A stretch of 64,000 bases of DNA. Origin: Candidatus Omnitrophota bacterium. Lineage in GTDB: Bacteria > Omnitrophota > Gorgyraeia > 2-01-FULL-45-10. Positions 36,689 to 47,859 of this stretch are shown piece by piece. Made by a program: the position numbers and the translations under genes. The notes beneath the pieces are model-generated. The model saw only the letters and a program-made list of their open reading frames with translations, was not told the origin of the DNA and ran no database searches. The stretch spans positions 5,110 to 69,109 of the forward strand of contig JBAZNZ010000008.1 of assembly GCA_041648975.1 (NCBI GenBank). The letters run 5' to 3'. The first letter of the stretch is position 1; every line of letters begins with the position of its first letter.

Positions 36689-37747
36689 TCATTTTGTTAA
36701 TACTTCGCATCCATTCTTCGTAACCAGTACCATGTCCTCGATCCTGACGCCTCCGAAACCCGTTATATATATCGCGGGTTCGACGGTAAAGACCATGCCC
36801 TCCCGGGCTATCCCTTCGCTCAACGCTGAAACATTGGGGCTTTCGTGGACCTCCATGCCTACCCCATGGCCCAGCGAATGGCCGAAATGCTTTCCAAAAC
36901 CCTTCGCATTTATATGGTTCCTTGCTGCTTTATCAATTTTGGACAGGCGCTCACCCGGCTTTATTGCCGCAATGCCCTTATCCTGCGCTTCACGAACCAC
37001 ATCGTATATCCTTTTAAATCTATTCGAGACTTTGCCCAATACTACCATCCTCGTGATGTCAGAATTGTAGCGTCTTAAGGTGCAGCCAATATCGATCATC
37101 GCGAAACTGTTTGTCTTAATGACATTTTCACCCGGCTGCGCATGCGGTTTCGACGCGTTTGCGCCTGACGCTACTATAGGTTTAAAGCCCGCCTCCGCGC
37201 CATGCGTAATAAATTCAAGCTCTATCTTTTTCGCCAGGGAAGCTTCCGTGACACCGGGCACAACGCAAGATATCGTTCTTTCCAGGACGGCTTTTGCAAG
37301 CTTTATAGAGTCCCGTATAAGCGCTACCTCCTGGCGGTCTTTTACGGACCTGATCCCCTCCACAAGGTCCCTGATGGGCACGAACGTCGCTCCGGGCGCC
37401 AGGTCTTTCAAGCGGCCGGACACTTCATAAGGCAGGCTCATCGACTCAAAGCCTATCTTCTTCAATCGGTTCTTTGAGATGATCGACTGGAGCGTCTTAT
37501 AAGTGGACAGCTTGACAAGCTCTATATCGAATCCCCGTACCCCGGATCTGGCCTCTTCAATATACCTGGAGTCCGTCAGGAAAAAATCCTTCTCCCGCGT
37601 AGCCAGTATAATAGAATCGCCGCCTAAGAAACCGCTCAAGTAAGATACGTTGGTCTCATTGGTGACAAGAAACGAATCTAATTTTCTTGCCTTCATCTCC
37701 GCTTCAAGAGAAGCGAGCCTTCCGGCAGGATTTAGTTTTAACATCAC
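36689..37747 (-). CDS. pepP: Xaa-Pro aminopeptidase, M24 family
   Basis: [13 protein letters not shown]. Confidence 0.85.
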   Translation of the reverse strand: MMLKLNPAGRLASLEAEMKARKLDSFLVTNETNVSYLSGFLGGDSIILATREKDFFLTDSRYIEEARSGVRGFDIELVKLSTYKTLQSIISKNRLKKIGFESMSLPYEVSGRLKDLAPGATFVPIRDLVEGIRSVKDRQEVALIRDSIKLAKAVLERTISCVVPGVTEASLAKKIELEFITHGAEAGFKPIVASGANASKPHAQPGENVIKTNSFAMIDIGCTLRRYNSDITRMVVLGKVSNRFKRIYDVVREAQDKGIAAIKPGERLSKIDKAARNHINAKGFGKHFGHSLGHGVGMEVHESPNVSALSEGIAREGMVFTVEPAIYITGFGGVRIEDMVLVTKNGCEVLTK

Positions 37748-38181
37748 TTACCTATCAGGTCGACCAATGCTTCCAACCCCAGGCAGTAGCTCATCATCCC
37801 AAAACCAGAGACCTGGCCCTTTGCCACAGGCGCTATAAGGGAGGTATGCCTGAACTCTTCCCTTGCGTAAATATTGGAAAGATGGACCTCAACCGTCGGA
37901 ATATCGACTGCGCTTATGGCGTCCCTTATGGCTACGCTCGTGTGCGTGTATGCCGCAGGGTTTATGAGTATCGCATCGAAGCGGCCCTTAGCCTTGCCTA
38001 TGGACTCGACGATCTCGCCTTCGTGGTTCGACTGGATTATCTCCAATTCCACCTTTTTCACTTTTGCGGTTTTCTTAAGACAGGCGTTGATCTCGTCAAT
38101 GGTGACTTCGCCGTATATATTTACTTCCCTCTTACCTAGAAGGTTTAGATTTGGGCCGTGTATGACCAGTATTTTGCGCAT
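37744..38181 (-). CDS. aroQ: Type II 3-dehydroquinate dehydratase
   Basis: [19 protein letters not shown]. Confidence 0.9.
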   Translation of the reverse strand: MRKILVIHGPNLNLLGKREVNIYGEVTIDEINACLKKTAKVKKVELEIIQSNHEGEIVESIGKAKGRFDAILINPAAYTHTSVAIRDAISAVDIPTVEVHLSNIYAREEFRHTSLIAPVAKGQVSGFGMMSYCLGLEALVDLIGK

Positions 38182-39160
38182 AATGCTCTCCTTGATTTTG
38201 GCGGCTTATTTCCTGTAAACGGAACTTGAATTGCGGGCTGAAAGCGTATATGATACCGCCGACCAGGCTCATTATAAGAAGGATCAAAAGCCATAATACG
38301 CTTACCGCGAACGAGTTCTCCTTGCCTATGATAGGCCCAAACAGTACGACTGTAGACCCTTCCCTCAGGCCGAGACCGTTTATCGAGGGTAAAAGGCTCA
38401 TTGCGCTTATTATAGGCATCCTGAGCAGGATGTCCATGGCCGGCAGCGACGAACCGATAGCGAAGGCCAGGATCCCGATGCTCGCGAAAAAAAGGATCTG
38501 GCTTATGATCGATATGACGAGAGACTGCCAGATCAGTTTCATGTGATATTTATATTTATGGACGGAATCGTATGCCTTCCTCAGCTTGCCCTCGATCGGT
38601 TTAAAAAGGCGCAGCAAAACGGAAAAATTCTTGGCGAATTTTTTGTTGGTCATGAAGATTATGGCAAGGACGGAAACCGCTGTGATGGCGTATATCATCG
38701 ACCTGACGGTATTGTCTATGATATGGTTCTGGACGAACAGGAGCGCAAGAGAGGCCATGAAGATCATCGTGAACAACCCGATCACCCGGTCGACGAAGAC
38801 GGACGTATATGACTCCATCTTCCTGGAGAACTTTCTCGACAGGTAGTAGGCCTTGACTACATCGCCTCCTACGGATGTCGGGAGAAAATTATTGAAGAAA
38901 TAGCCAATGAAGGTCAGGGAAAAGGCTTCTTTGAACTTTATCGACATGTCGCCTTGCGCCTCGATGATCAGTTTGAACCTGTACGACCCGAGCGATATGG
39001 CCGCGATGAACATCCCTACGGCTATAGAAAAAAGCTTCGGATCAGTCCCTTTCAATACATCTAAGATCTCGCCGTACTTATCCCTCATTATATACAATAA
39101 TATAAATATAAGAGCGATGCTGACGAAGACCCGTAAGAAACTTATGATCTTAGTCTTCAT
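38132..39160 (-). CDS. Flippase-like (UPF0104 / lysylphosphatidylglycerol-synthase TM region) membrane protein
   Basis: Eight predicted TM helices or so. The N-terminus is typical of TIGR00374. Confidence 0.6.
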   Translation of the reverse strand: MKTKIISFLRVFVSIALIFILLYIMRDKYGEILDVLKGTDPKLFSIAVGMFIAAISLGSYRFKLIIEAQGDMSIKFKEAFSLTFIGYFFNNFLPTSVGGDVVKAYYLSRKFSRKMESYTSVFVDRVIGLFTMIFMASLALLFVQNHIIDNTVRSMIYAITAVSVLAIIFMTNKKFAKNFSVLLRLFKPIEGKLRKAYDSVHKYKYHMKLIWQSLVISIISQILFFASIGILAFAIGSSLPAMDILLRMPIISAMSLLPSINGLGLREGSTVVLFGPIIGKENSFAVSVLWLLILLIMSLVGGIIYAFSPQFKFRLQEISRQNQGEHYAQNTGHTRPKSKPSR

Positions 39161-39206
39161 GGAAATAATAATTTAACATATTGTAATTAATATGTAAAGA
39201 GGAAAT

Positions 39207-40136
39207 TTAGCGGGATTTGTGCTCCAGGCTGGATATATGCTGCTCGATCTTGGCTATAGCGCCCTGGGCTTCATTGTTATGTTTCGAGTGCGCGTTCTCG
39301 ATATGGCCTATTATTATGTTGTAGATCGACTTAAACCTCTCATAATCATTGCGCAGGCCCGTGACCTTGCCGAGTATCTCTTTGGCGTTCTCTTCTATCT
39401 TAAGGGCCTTCATCCCCTGCAATATGGTCATCAGGTAAGGATATATCGTTTGAGGCGACGTAGGATAGACGCGTTTCTTTAAGGCGTAGTCTATGAGGCT
39501 GTTATCTTCGCCGAATTGCTTATTCTTGACGAACGCCTCATAATATACGCCTTCCGACGCTATATACATCAGGGCAAAGTCGGTCGTCTTTTCGCCGGGC
39601 AATATGTACTTTGAGGTCTCGTCGATGCGTTTCTTGACCGCAGCCTGAAAAGATTTCCAATAGCTTCGCTTCTCGGCCTCATCGGCCGCCGTCACCATCT
39701 TATTGAAATCTTCGAGAGACAATTTCGAATCTATCGGGACTATATATTCCTTGAACTTTACGACGAAATCGACTATCCCGGAACTTAACCGGTATTGGGT
39801 CTGGTAGCTGTCGCTGGGCAGGACGTCGTGTATCGCCTTTTCCAGGAGTCTTTCGCCCGCGGCTCCCGCGCCTTTCGGCATCACAAATAGATTTCTTAAG
39901 CCCCTCACCTCGTTCATAACTTCGTTGATCTGCAAGGCCTTCTGGTTAAGGCTTCCCATCCTCTCATTCAGCCGCTCCATTGTATCTGAGGCTTGCCGCC
40001 TCATTTCATCCGTCAGGGGCATCTTCTCATTAAGTTTGCAGAGACTGGACGAGATGTCGCGCAGGCGTATAACCAGATAGAATATCGCGAATCCGAGTAT
40101 CGCAAGGATGACGGCAAGAACTATGTTGAAGAGCAT
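39207..40136 (-). CDS. rmuC: DNA recombination protein RmuC
   Basis: N-terminal TM helix, coiled coil, and C-terminal VDFVVKF...IPIDSKLSLE. Confidence 0.7.
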   Translation of the reverse strand: MLFNIVLAVILAILGFAIFYLVIRLRDISSSLCKLNEKMPLTDEMRRQASDTMERLNERMGSLNQKALQINEVMNEVRGLRNLFVMPKGAGAAGERLLEKAIHDVLPSDSYQTQYRLSSGIVDFVVKFKEYIVPIDSKLSLEDFNKMVTAADEAEKRSYWKSFQAAVKKRIDETSKYILPGEKTTDFALMYIASEGVYYEAFVKNKQFGEDNSLIDYALKKRVYPTSPQTIYPYLMTILQGMKALKIEENAKEILGKVTGLRNDYERFKSIYNIIIGHIENAHSKHNNEAQGAIAKIEQHISSLEHKSR

Positions 40137-40141
40137 ATATT

Positions 40142-40441
40142 TCAGCCTTTCGGCAGGGCTTGTGTTTTATTGACGTACTTCAACCGCAGGTCGCACAGGA
40201 ACGTATCGAGGGCCTCTTCTTCTTCCTTCGACAGGTTATTCTTAGTCTTCTCCTTCAGCATCCCGAGCGTGTCTATGATAAATTTCGCATGATCCAGGTT
40301 CGCATCTTTCTTCTTTGTAAAGGGATTTTCTATATCGCCCAGAGCGATAAACGCTTCCATGGCAAGCCCTGACAGGAATATGCCAAACCCAGCTTGCGGG
40401 ATCTCCCTTTTTCCAGCTCCGTTATCCTTTACATCAGCCAT
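40142..40441 (-). CDS. Hypothetical protein, possibly DUF1844
   Basis: 99 aa with no strong motif. Confidence 0.35.
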   Translation of the reverse strand: MADVKDNGAGKREIPQAGFGIFLSGLAMEAFIALGDIENPFTKKKDANLDHAKFIIDTLGMLKEKTKNNLSKEEEEALDTFLCDLRLKYVNKTQALPKG

Positions 40442-40468
40442 TTCAAACTCCCATGTTTAAAAGCAGGA

Positions 40469-41254
40469 TTATAGATTAAGGTCTTTCTTTATCTGGTCGA
40501 TCTTTGCCTCCGCGGCCCACATCCCCCTGTGTATAGCTTCTTCGGAGCGTTCAAAGCTGACCTGGTCTATGTTTCCGAGATCTACCTTTATCACCATATC
40601 GCCCTCATCCGCCTGGTATTTGTTAAGTTCTTCTCCCATTATTTGGAATGACTGTAATATCACCTGAAATATATTGTCCAGTTTACCCTGCTTGACGCAG
40701 AAGCCGACGTCGACCGCGATCACATAGCCGTCTTCCAACCCCCTGGCGATCTTGGTCGGGACGCTGTTCTTAATGCCTCCGTCGCACAGAAGCCTCCCGT
40801 CGATCTCGACGGGATTAAAGATGCCGGGCCATGAGCAGCTGGCCCGCACGATCTTTGTCAGGTCTCCGTGTTGATGGACGACCTCCTGTCCGGTCTCGAT
40901 ATCGGTAGTCACGGCCGCGAACGGGATCCTGCAATCGTCGAACTTTTTGCTGTCCAGGAGCGACTTGATCATATTCTGCAATCTGTTGCCCGCCAATAAC
41001 CCCATTTTCGGGATCGTCGGGTCCAACAGCTTGTTTATCGACACGCCTACGGCCTTCTTCTCCATCTCCTGCGGTGTTATACCCGTCGCGTAACCCGCGC
41101 CTATCAGGGCCCCCATACTCGTTCCCACTATCCTGCTTATCTGTATCTTTTCCCGCGCAAGGACCTTAAGGACGCCTATATGCGCTACACCCCGCGCGGA
41201 TCCGCCGCCAAGCACAAGTATTACTTTTTTTTCTTTCCTGAAAATATCAAACAT
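40469..41254 (-). CDS. Patatin-like phospholipase
   Basis: GGGSARGVAHIGVLKVL and GTSMGA. The start is set at the internal ATG to remove a 47-nt overlap. Confidence 0.8.
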   Translation of the reverse strand: MFDIFRKEKKVILVLGGGSARGVAHIGVLKVLAREKIQISRIVGTSMGALIGAGYATGITPQEMEKKAVGVSINKLLDPTIPKMGLLAGNRLQNMIKSLLDSKKFDDCRIPFAAVTTDIETGQEVVHQHGDLTKIVRASCSWPGIFNPVEIDGRLLCDGGIKNSVPTKIARGLEDGYVIAVDVGFCVKQGKLDNIFQVILQSFQIMGEELNKYQADEGDMVIKVDLGNIDQVSFERSEEAIHRGMWAAEAKIDQIKKDLNL

Positions 41255-41255
41255 G

Positions 41256-42092
41256 TCACGCGCCTTTCCCGGAATTATTTTTATATACGACGATGCCGGC
41301 ATAACCTACTACGGACGAGTAATCTCCGGTGGCATCCCCGCTGTTAGCGTACTCCACAAGCCGCGCCGTATTAGCGCCGAGCTCTTTGGCCGCCGCGAGC
41401 ATTATTGCCGTCGGGGCGCATCCGCACATGGTGATGTCAAGTTCCGAGATCCTGTTCATCAACTTATCCTCGTCGAGCGCCAGAACGGCTTTGATGGCCG
41501 CATCGTCTTTCTTCCTTGCCGAGTCGGCGCTTTCGTAATGCGTCATGTCGCTCGACGCTACTATCATCGTATCATTTTCCATATTAAGGCCTTTGATCGA
41601 ATTGGCGATTGCCTTGCCGATCCTGCGGTAGATATCTACTGAGGCCGATGCTATGACGATCGGGACGAAACGGAAATCTTTTTGCATATACTGGATAAAG
41701 GGGAGTTGGACTTCTATGGAATGCTCAGACGCATGTGAGATGTCGTCGAATTCGACCAATCCGCAATTTTCCTTAATGCCCTCCGCCAGGGCGCCGTCCA
41801 CTTTGACGTCCCCGAGGGGCGTCTTCCACGATTCAGCTGTCGTAATACCAAACGGCGCGCCCATCCCTGTGTGGTTCGGCCCCATAATAATATACGCGGC
41901 CTTTTGAGTTATCGACGAGAAGACGCTTCCCGCGACATGTCCTGAATACATATATCCCGCATGAGGCGATACTATTCCTATAGCGTCCGTTCTTGTCGCG
42001 CCGCCTTTGCCGATGAGGCCCTTCATCTCTTTCAGCAGCGAATCCTTTGAACCGGAGTAGAACTGCCCGGCCACCACAGGTTCTCTTTTCAT
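41256..42092 (-). CDS. MEMO1 family protein (AmmeMemoRadiSam system protein B)
   Basis: PVVAGQFYSGS N-terminus. Length 278 aa. Confidence 0.8.
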   Translation of the reverse strand: MKREPVVAGQFYSGSKDSLLKEMKGLIGKGGATRTDAIGIVSPHAGYMYSGHVAGSVFSSITQKAAYIIMGPNHTGMGAPFGITTAESWKTPLGDVKVDGALAEGIKENCGLVEFDDISHASEHSIEVQLPFIQYMQKDFRFVPIVIASASVDIYRRIGKAIANSIKGLNMENDTMIVASSDMTHYESADSARKKDDAAIKAVLALDEDKLMNRISELDITMCGCAPTAIMLAAAKELGANTARLVEYANSGDATGDYSSVVGYAGIVVYKNNSGKGA

Positions 42093-44725
42093 CTTATTCC
42101 TTTTGAAGATATCACGACTTCGGCATGCGCTTTTCTATTGAAATATCTATTTGCGACACGCTTTACATCCTCTTTGGTGACTTCCTCTATTCTCTCTTTG
42201 TATTTATAAACATTATCGTATCCCAGGCCGTAGAGCTCGTCCAACGTTGCGGTATAAGAATAGAAGCTATTGGCCTGCGTTTCGAGGTCGAATTTTGTCA
42301 GCAATTCCCTTTTTGCAAAGTCAACTTCTACCTCGTCCGGGCCCTTCGTGTTGATATCGGCCATCTCGAGAGCCAAAGCCTTGCGGGCATCCCCGATTTG
42401 ATTTTTGGATGTTGCGGCATAAAGGACAAAATAGCCTGTATCAAGAGTCTGTTTTTGAGCGCATCCAAGTGCATACGCCAGGGAAAGTTTGCCCCTAAGG
42501 TTGCTGAACAACCTTCCTGAACTTCCGGATAATACAGAACCCAGGACGCTTAACGCGTATTTATCTGTGTTCTTTATATCCGTTGTGATGAACCCGATCA
42601 TTATAAGGCTTTCCTGCCGATCCATCTCTACGTCTGCTTTCTTATCTGCGCGTAAAGTCTGCGGCATAACGGCGGCAATATCAGTTTTGGCCGTTCTTAC
42701 ATCTCCAAATAGACGCTTCACCCTATCGGCCATCTCCGTGGGCGCCATATCTCCTGATATCGAAATCACCATGTTACCAGCCACACAATACCTTTTATAA
42801 AATTCTAAGAGGTCATCGCGGCTTATAGAGCTTATCGTCTGACTAGTACCGAGCCGCCTGAAGCCGTAAGGCGACTTACCGAAAAGCTCTTTTCTTAAAA
42901 TGTCGGATCCTTTCCGGAAGATATCATCGTCTTCTGCCTTTATCGCGGCCAGCGTCAATTCTTTCTCTTTATCGATCTGGTCCTGTGGGAATATGGAATC
43001 GGTCATGATATCTTTCAAGATATCAAGGGCCTTGCCGGTGTCGGGTTTTAACACCTCTATATTAAGACCGAAACTGTTAAAACCGCTGAATGCGGCTATC
43101 CTACCGCCGAGGGATTCTATAGCCCCGGCAATATCCTCTTCTTTCCTCTTTGAGGTCCCTTTTAACAGCATCTCGGAAACGAACCTTGATAAACCGCACT
43201 TATTTTCTTTCTCGACTGTCAGCCCTCCCATCATGGCCAGCGTTATCGAGACCACGGGCAGGGATCTGTCTTCCCTTGTCAGGATACGCAATCCGTTAGT
43301 CATGACAGTCTTGCCTATAGTGCCGATAATAACGGCTTGCGGTGCGCTTTCTCGCATATCTTCTTTATATCCTTTTGGGACGAGCCTTACAACCGTCATA
43401 TTCGTTTCGGTTAAATATATGTCCGCGGCCTTCTTAACATCTTCCACGGTTACCGACTGAATGCCGTCGACGTACTTCGCGGAGAAATCATAAGAGCCTG
43501 TAAGTATATAACCGGACGAGATGTCTCTTGCCCGCGCGTCGACGGCCTCGAGCGAAAATATATAATCGCTCAGTACCATCCTTTTCGCCGCCTCAAGCTC
43601 CTCATCACCGATATCGACGGTTCGTATTTTTTTTACCTCTTTCAGGATCGCGTCTTTCGCAGGGGCAAGGCTCTCTTTATCCAATATCGCGTTGATGACG
43701 AACAGGCCGGGATCTCTAGGGGTGTAGTTCCAGCACGAGACAGAGTGGGCGAGCCTCATATTTTTTACGATCTCGTTATTCAGCCTGGAATTATTGCCTC
43801 TCCCAAGGACCATCGACAATACGTCCATCGCAAAAAGGTCCTTATCCAGTACGCTCGTTGAATGGAACCCGATCGCCAGGTAGGCGAGGTTTGCGGGCAG
43901 CTCTTCTACGGCGTCCCTTGCAGCGATCTGCGCAGGCTCGATGGCGTGGATATCCGGCGCCCCGTAATTGGGTGCTCTGAAATCCCTGAAATCATCTTCA
44001 ACAACCCGGATAACAGATTCTCTATCGATCCCGCTTACAACGGTGACGACCATCCTGTTGGGGACATATTTCCTGTTATAATATTTGAAGAGGTCTTCCC
44101 TCTTAAGCGCGGTAAAATTCTTCTCATACCCTATTGGAGGATATTTATACGGGTGGGCAATATATGCTGTCTCGTCCAGCAATTTCATGAGACGGCTCTG
44201 CGGTTCATCCGAGTTCAGCTTTATCTCGTTAAGTATGACTTCCTTCTCTTTTTCAAACTCCACCTTATCGAAGGATGCGTTCAATAGCATATCTTTCAAT
44301 ATGGCAAGCGCCTCTTTCAGGTATTTCGCAGGGACGACTATGTAATAATCGGTAAGATCTTGAGAAGTGGAGCCGTTTACTATCCCGCCGTAGGATTTGA
44401 TCTCTTTTTCGATATCGCCTACACCGCGCTTCCCGGTTCCTTTGAAGACCATATGCTCCACGAAATGAGTTATCCCGGACCCCATGTACTCATCTTCCGA
44501 ACTCGAGCCGGCAGATATCGTGGCATGGATAGCCGCAAGCTTTTCGGCAGGAACATGTACGGATAAAACAGTGAGGCCGTTCTCCAAAATTTTTTTAGAG
44601 ACGGCCTCACTTGGAAGATCGATATTTCCCGGTACGGCGAGTGTTTCAACCGGTGAAAGAATACAAATAATAACTGCTGCAAGGTTGATTAAGAGATAAG
44701 GATGTTTTCTTAAAATGACTTCCAC
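42089..44725 (-). CDS. Two-repeat M16 (pitrilysin/insulinase) family zinc peptidase, secreted
   Basis: [11 protein letters not shown] (the HxxEH motif). Signal peptide. 878 aa. The GTG start overlaps the rpsU 3' end. Confidence 0.85.
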   Translation of the reverse strand: MEVILRKHPYLLINLAAVIICILSPVETLAVPGNIDLPSEAVSKKILENGLTVLSVHVPAEKLAAIHATISAGSSSEDEYMGSGITHFVEHMVFKGTGKRGVGDIEKEIKSYGGIVNGSTSQDLTDYYIVVPAKYLKEALAILKDMLLNASFDKVEFEKEKEVILNEIKLNSDEPQSRLMKLLDETAYIAHPYKYPPIGYEKNFTALKREDLFKYYNRKYVPNRMVVTVVSGIDRESVIRVVEDDFRDFRAPNYGAPDIHAIEPAQIAARDAVEELPANLAYLAIGFHSTSVLDKDLFAMDVLSMVLGRGNNSRLNNEIVKNMRLAHSVSCWNYTPRDPGLFVINAILDKESLAPAKDAILKEVKKIRTVDIGDEELEAAKRMVLSDYIFSLEAVDARARDISSGYILTGSYDFSAKYVDGIQSVTVEDVKKAADIYLTETNMTVVRLVPKGYKEDMRESAPQAVIIGTIGKTVMTNGLRILTREDRSLPVVSITLAMMGGLTVEKENKCGLSRFVSEMLLKGTSKRKEEDIAGAIESLGGRIAAFSGFNSFGLNIEVLKPDTGKALDILKDIMTDSIFPQDQIDKEKELTLAAIKAEDDDIFRKGSDILRKELFGKSPYGFRRLGTSQTISSISRDDLLEFYKRYCVAGNMVISISGDMAPTEMADRVKRLFGDVRTAKTDIAAVMPQTLRADKKADVEMDRQESLIMIGFITTDIKNTDKYALSVLGSVLSGSSGRLFSNLRGKLSLAYALGCAQKQTLDTGYFVLYAATSKNQIGDARKALALEMADINTKGPDEVEVDFAKRELLTKFDLETQANSFYSYTATLDELYGLGYDNVYKYKERIEEVTKEDVKRVANRYFNRKAHAEVVISSKGIR

Positions 44726-44880
44726 CCCATTTTTCTTTTGCGGCGTTTCCGTTCGCTCGGTTTTTCGTAATGCTTTCTCGCCTTAAGCGTTTTTAGTATT
44801 CCTTCAATCTCAATTTTTTTCTTAAAACGTCTTAGCGCCTTCTCCAACGGTTCATTCTCGCCAACGTTGATTTTCGGCAT
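44710..44880 (-). CDS. rpsU: 30S ribosomal protein S21 (bS21), not in the ORF track
   Basis: Manual translation gives [56 protein letters not shown]. Compare E. coli [22 protein letters not shown]...YEKPTTERKR. A GGAGGTG ribosome-binding site precedes it. Confidence 0.8.
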   Translation of the reverse strand: MPKINVGENEPLEKALRRFKKKIEIEGILKTLKARKHYEKPSERKRRKRKMGWKSF

Positions 44881-44938
44881 TAATTATCACCTCCGGTTTA
44901 TATATTATCATGCGAAAAGGTTAAGGTCAAGGCTTAAG

Positions 44939-45337
44939 TCACAGCCTCTCATATCCCGCTTTAAGTTTTACCCAAAAATCCTCGCATTTCACAGGTGTAG
45001 CATATGAACTCCTAGCGTAAAAATATATCTCATTATCCGAAGAGACGACTCTCACATTCCTTCGCTGTTTTTCAGGGACCTTGTCCAGGTATTTTTTTAT
45101 ATAGTTGTCCGCGTTCTTCGCCGGCATTATTTTTAACTTAGGGCTGTTCCTGTGGTCGATATCCAAAAATTCCCGCGAGCTGTCAAATACGACGATTATC
45201 GGGTCGTTATGCGTAACCTGAAAATCTTCAAGATACGCTATCAGGGTTATCACTGAATCGAGCGAGCCATCGTCATCATCCCGTATGTCGGAACGCCTGT
45301 TCCGTATAAGGTTCCATCCGTCTATAAGTATCGGCAT
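44939..45337 (-). CDS. NYN-domain (YacP-like, PIN-fold) protein
   Basis: MPILIDGWNLI...IIVVFDS. The start is the internal ATG. The longer track ORF would overlap the upstream small gene. Confidence 0.6.
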   Translation of the reverse strand: MPILIDGWNLIRNRRSDIRDDDDGSLDSVITLIAYLEDFQVTHNDPIIVVFDSSREFLDIDHRNSPKLKIMPAKNADNYIKKYLDKVPEKQRRNVRVVSSDNEIYFYARSSYATPVKCEDFWVKLKAGYERL

Positions 45338-45360
45338 TATCTTAATATCCGCCTGCGAGC

Positions 45361-45612
45361 TTATTTTAACACGCCCTGGAGTTCCTGCATCTGGACGGAA
45401 AACTTGCTGTAAATGTCCGATGAGGCCCTCACAAGCCATATGGAAAGTATTACAACCGCTATTGTTATCAATATCTTCTGCCAGGTCCTGAGAGAAGGGC
45501 TGATCCATGCCAGCGGCAGAGCAAACGGGCCGATAGCCAATAAGGCCACTATTACAGCAGTCGGTCTTAAGTACCACTTGGCTTGCTTCTGATCGGGTCT
45601 ATCCATAGTCAT
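45361..45612 (-). CDS. Small membrane protein with two TM helices
   Basis: TM helices AVIVALLAIGPFALPLAWI and ILITIAVVILSIWLV. Confidence 0.35.
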   Translation of the reverse strand: MTMDRPDQKQAKWYLRPTAVIVALLAIGPFALPLAWISPSLRTWQKILITIAVVILSIWLVRASSDIYSKFSVQMQELQGVLK

Positions 45613-45623
45613 ACGCCCCCTGT

Positions 45624-46181
45624 TTAGAATTTAACTACAGGCGCGGCCCTTTCAACCCGCCCTGCTTCTATGTAGGCTGCAGCCTCCTCATACCCAAACA
45701 TGCGCGCGATCAGATTAGATGGGAAGCGCCTCACTATGATGTTGTAATCCCTGACCGCCTCGTTATAACGCATCCTTTCGACTGCAATACGGTTCTCGGT
45801 GCCTGCAAGCTCGTCCATAAGTTTCAGGAACGGCTCGTTCGCTTTCAGGTTCGGGTAATTTTCCACAACCACCATAAGTCTCGATAGCATAGTATCGACC
45901 TGAGCGCTGCCTTTTATCTTGTCCTCGATAGACCCGGCATCCTGCCATTGGCTCCTGGCCTTTGTAATGTCTTCAAGCAGAGTATTTTCGTGCGTTGCGT
46001 AACCTCTGACGGAGTTTACCAGATTGCCGATAAGGTCGCCTCTGCGCCTTAGCTGGCTCTCGACCTGCGCCCATTTTGTCTTCACATTCTCATTCTTGGA
46101 GATGATGCCGTTGTAAATACCGCCGAATCCAATTATGATAAAAAGAAGAAACACCGCCAAAATAATCAATTTTCTATTCAT
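45624..46181 (-). CDS. lemA: LemA family protein
   Basis: TM helix followed by NENVKTKWAQVESQLRRRGDLIGNLVNSV. Confidence 0.8.
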   Translation of the reverse strand: MNRKLIILAVFLLFIIIGFGGIYNGIISKNENVKTKWAQVESQLRRRGDLIGNLVNSVRGYATHENTLLEDITKARSQWQDAGSIEDKIKGSAQVDTMLSRLMVVVENYPNLKANEPFLKLMDELAGTENRIAVERMRYNEAVRDYNIIVRRFPSNLIARMFGYEEAAAYIEAGRVERAAPVVKF

Positions 46182-46206
46182 CTAGGTACCTCCTGGTTAA
46201 AATCAT

Positions 46207-47094
46207 TTAAAATCCTCCGCCTGCTCCTCCACCTCCGCCTCCGCCGCCACCGAAGCCTCCGCCTCCGAATCCGCCTACTCCGCGGCCGTAACCGCCGGTG
46301 GTAAATCTTCCTCCGTAAGTCTGCGCGCCAAAAAAGTTCTTTCTCTTGTGTTCCGGCAGCCTGTTCCAATAGCCGTACCGGAACAGCATTGAAGAGGCGT
46401 AGCCCAGCAAGACAGAGAGTGAAAGGTATGGAGAATTACCGAAGAAAGCCGCGGCGAAAATGAGCGTGAACGGCAGACCCACAAAAACAGGCCACGGAAG
46501 GTTCCATACAAAGAAAAATATCGCTACAATGACGGTCATTAAGATCTTGCCCGGCATATCGGTAATATCGTCGGTTGTTTCAAGGTCTCCTACAGAGATA
46601 TTTTTGTCGGCCGATAGCATTTGACGGGTGAGCGCCAGAATGCCGTTATATAGCCCCTCTCCGTAACGGCTTTCCTTCAGATAGGGGACCATATACTTCC
46701 TGCCTATCTCGCCGCACAGCCCGTCGGGCAAGATCCCCTCAAGACCGTAACCGGTTTCTATGCGCCAGCGTCTCTCCTTGACGGCTATGAGCAGGAGGAT
46801 GCCGTTATCTTTTCCTTTTTTCCCGATCTTCCAATTGTCAAAGATCATCCTGGCATAGGTCTGTTCGTCATAGGGCGCTATCGAATTTATTGTAACTACG
46901 GCGGTCTCTGCGGTCGTCTCCGCCTCGACCTTGGCGATCAGTGCGCCTATCTTGTCCTTATATTCATGCGATATGACACCGGCAAAATCGTTTATCCTCC
47001 CTTGCGGTCCGGGAATATCTTCGGCGTAGACAAGACCGCCCAAAAGAAGGAAGGTCAGGATCAACACTATTCTCCCTGCCGGTAGCCGTTTCAT
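46207..47094 (-). CDS. TPM-domain protein with a Gly-rich C-terminal tail, the LemA partner
   Basis: Signal peptide, TPM fold, TM helices, and a terminal GGFGGGGGGGGGAGGGF. Confidence 0.75.
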   Translation of the reverse strand: MKRLPAGRIVLILTFLLLGGLVYAEDIPGPQGRINDFAGVISHEYKDKIGALIAKVEAETTAETAVVTINSIAPYDEQTYARMIFDNWKIGKKGKDNGILLLIAVKERRWRIETGYGLEGILPDGLCGEIGRKYMVPYLKESRYGEGLYNGILALTRQMLSADKNISVGDLETTDDITDMPGKILMTVIVAIFFFVWNLPWPVFVGLPFTLIFAAAFFGNSPYLSLSVLLGYASSMLFRYGYWNRLPEHKRKNFFGAQTYGGRFTTGGYGRGVGGFGGGGFGGGGGGGGGAGGGF

Positions 47095-47828
47095 ATATTA
47101 TCGACAATACGCGCGATCTTTTCCAGCTGATCGACAAAAGCCGTGAAAAGGAAGTCCGTCTCCTTGAGGCTTAAAGGCAGGTTCTTCTTTTTTGCATCCA
47201 TTACGGTATAAAAAACCTCCATGTCGATCCGGAACAACTCCTGTATCTCCTTCAAGGCAGCCTCACCGGAATACGCAGGCGTAATGCCTTTGACCCGCAG
47301 CATATTTCGAAGGATGTGGAAAGATGAAGTGAACGATCCGAACAGGAGCTTTTTAAGGCGCGGCCCGTCTTTTGTGACCAGGTAAAGCCGCTTCATGTTG
47401 ATCGTCTTAGACTTCAACTCCTGTTCGCACTGAAATCGCAGGTTCTTTGGGTCTATGAATATGCTTTGCAGGACGTCGCTGCCGTAAAGGACGGCATGGT
47501 TCTCTTTCATGTCCATGAACTCGAGAGGAAAGACATCCGATGAGGTCTTGATGTAGTCCGGTGTGAAGAATAGCGCGCTTAAGTCGCGGTATTTACGGCT
47601 CCCGACCACATCGGCGGCCATGGACAGGTTCTTTAAGCCCGTATCATACAAGACGACAAGGACATTTATATTAGAGTACTTGCCTGCGTATTCGCCGCTC
47701 GCCGCGCTGCCGTAAAGTATTACGGAAACAAGCTCTTCTTTGTAGATACTCTTCATCTTCCCGACAAAATCTTCCAGTATATGCTTAACTTTATCGGGCA
47801 GCTTCAACCCTTCCATGAAATCTCCCAC
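47091..47828 (-). CDS. Putative nucleotidyltransferase (Pol-beta superfamily) domain protein
   Basis: ILYGSAASGEYAGKYSNINVLVV resembles the NTP_transf_2 GS...D motif. Confidence 0.45.
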   Translation of the reverse strand: MGDFMEGLKLPDKVKHILEDFVGKMKSIYKEELVSVILYGSAASGEYAGKYSNINVLVVLYDTGLKNLSMAADVVGSRKYRDLSALFFTPDYIKTSSDVFPLEFMDMKENHAVLYGSDVLQSIFIDPKNLRFQCEQELKSKTINMKRLYLVTKDGPRLKKLLFGSFTSSFHILRNMLRVKGITPAYSGEAALKEIQELFRIDMEVFYTVMDAKKKNLPLSLKETDFLFTAFVDQLEKIARIVDNI

Positions 47829-47859
47829 TTACTATGAGCTATCAACTCCAGACTATGAG

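Noticed and set aside
46178-46369. Arg-rich 63-aa minus-strand ORF (RRLRPRSRRIRRRRLRWRRRRRW).
   Set aside because: It is an alternative frame of the poly-Gly (GGN)n tail of the TPM gene on the same strand. It is a codon-repeat artefact.
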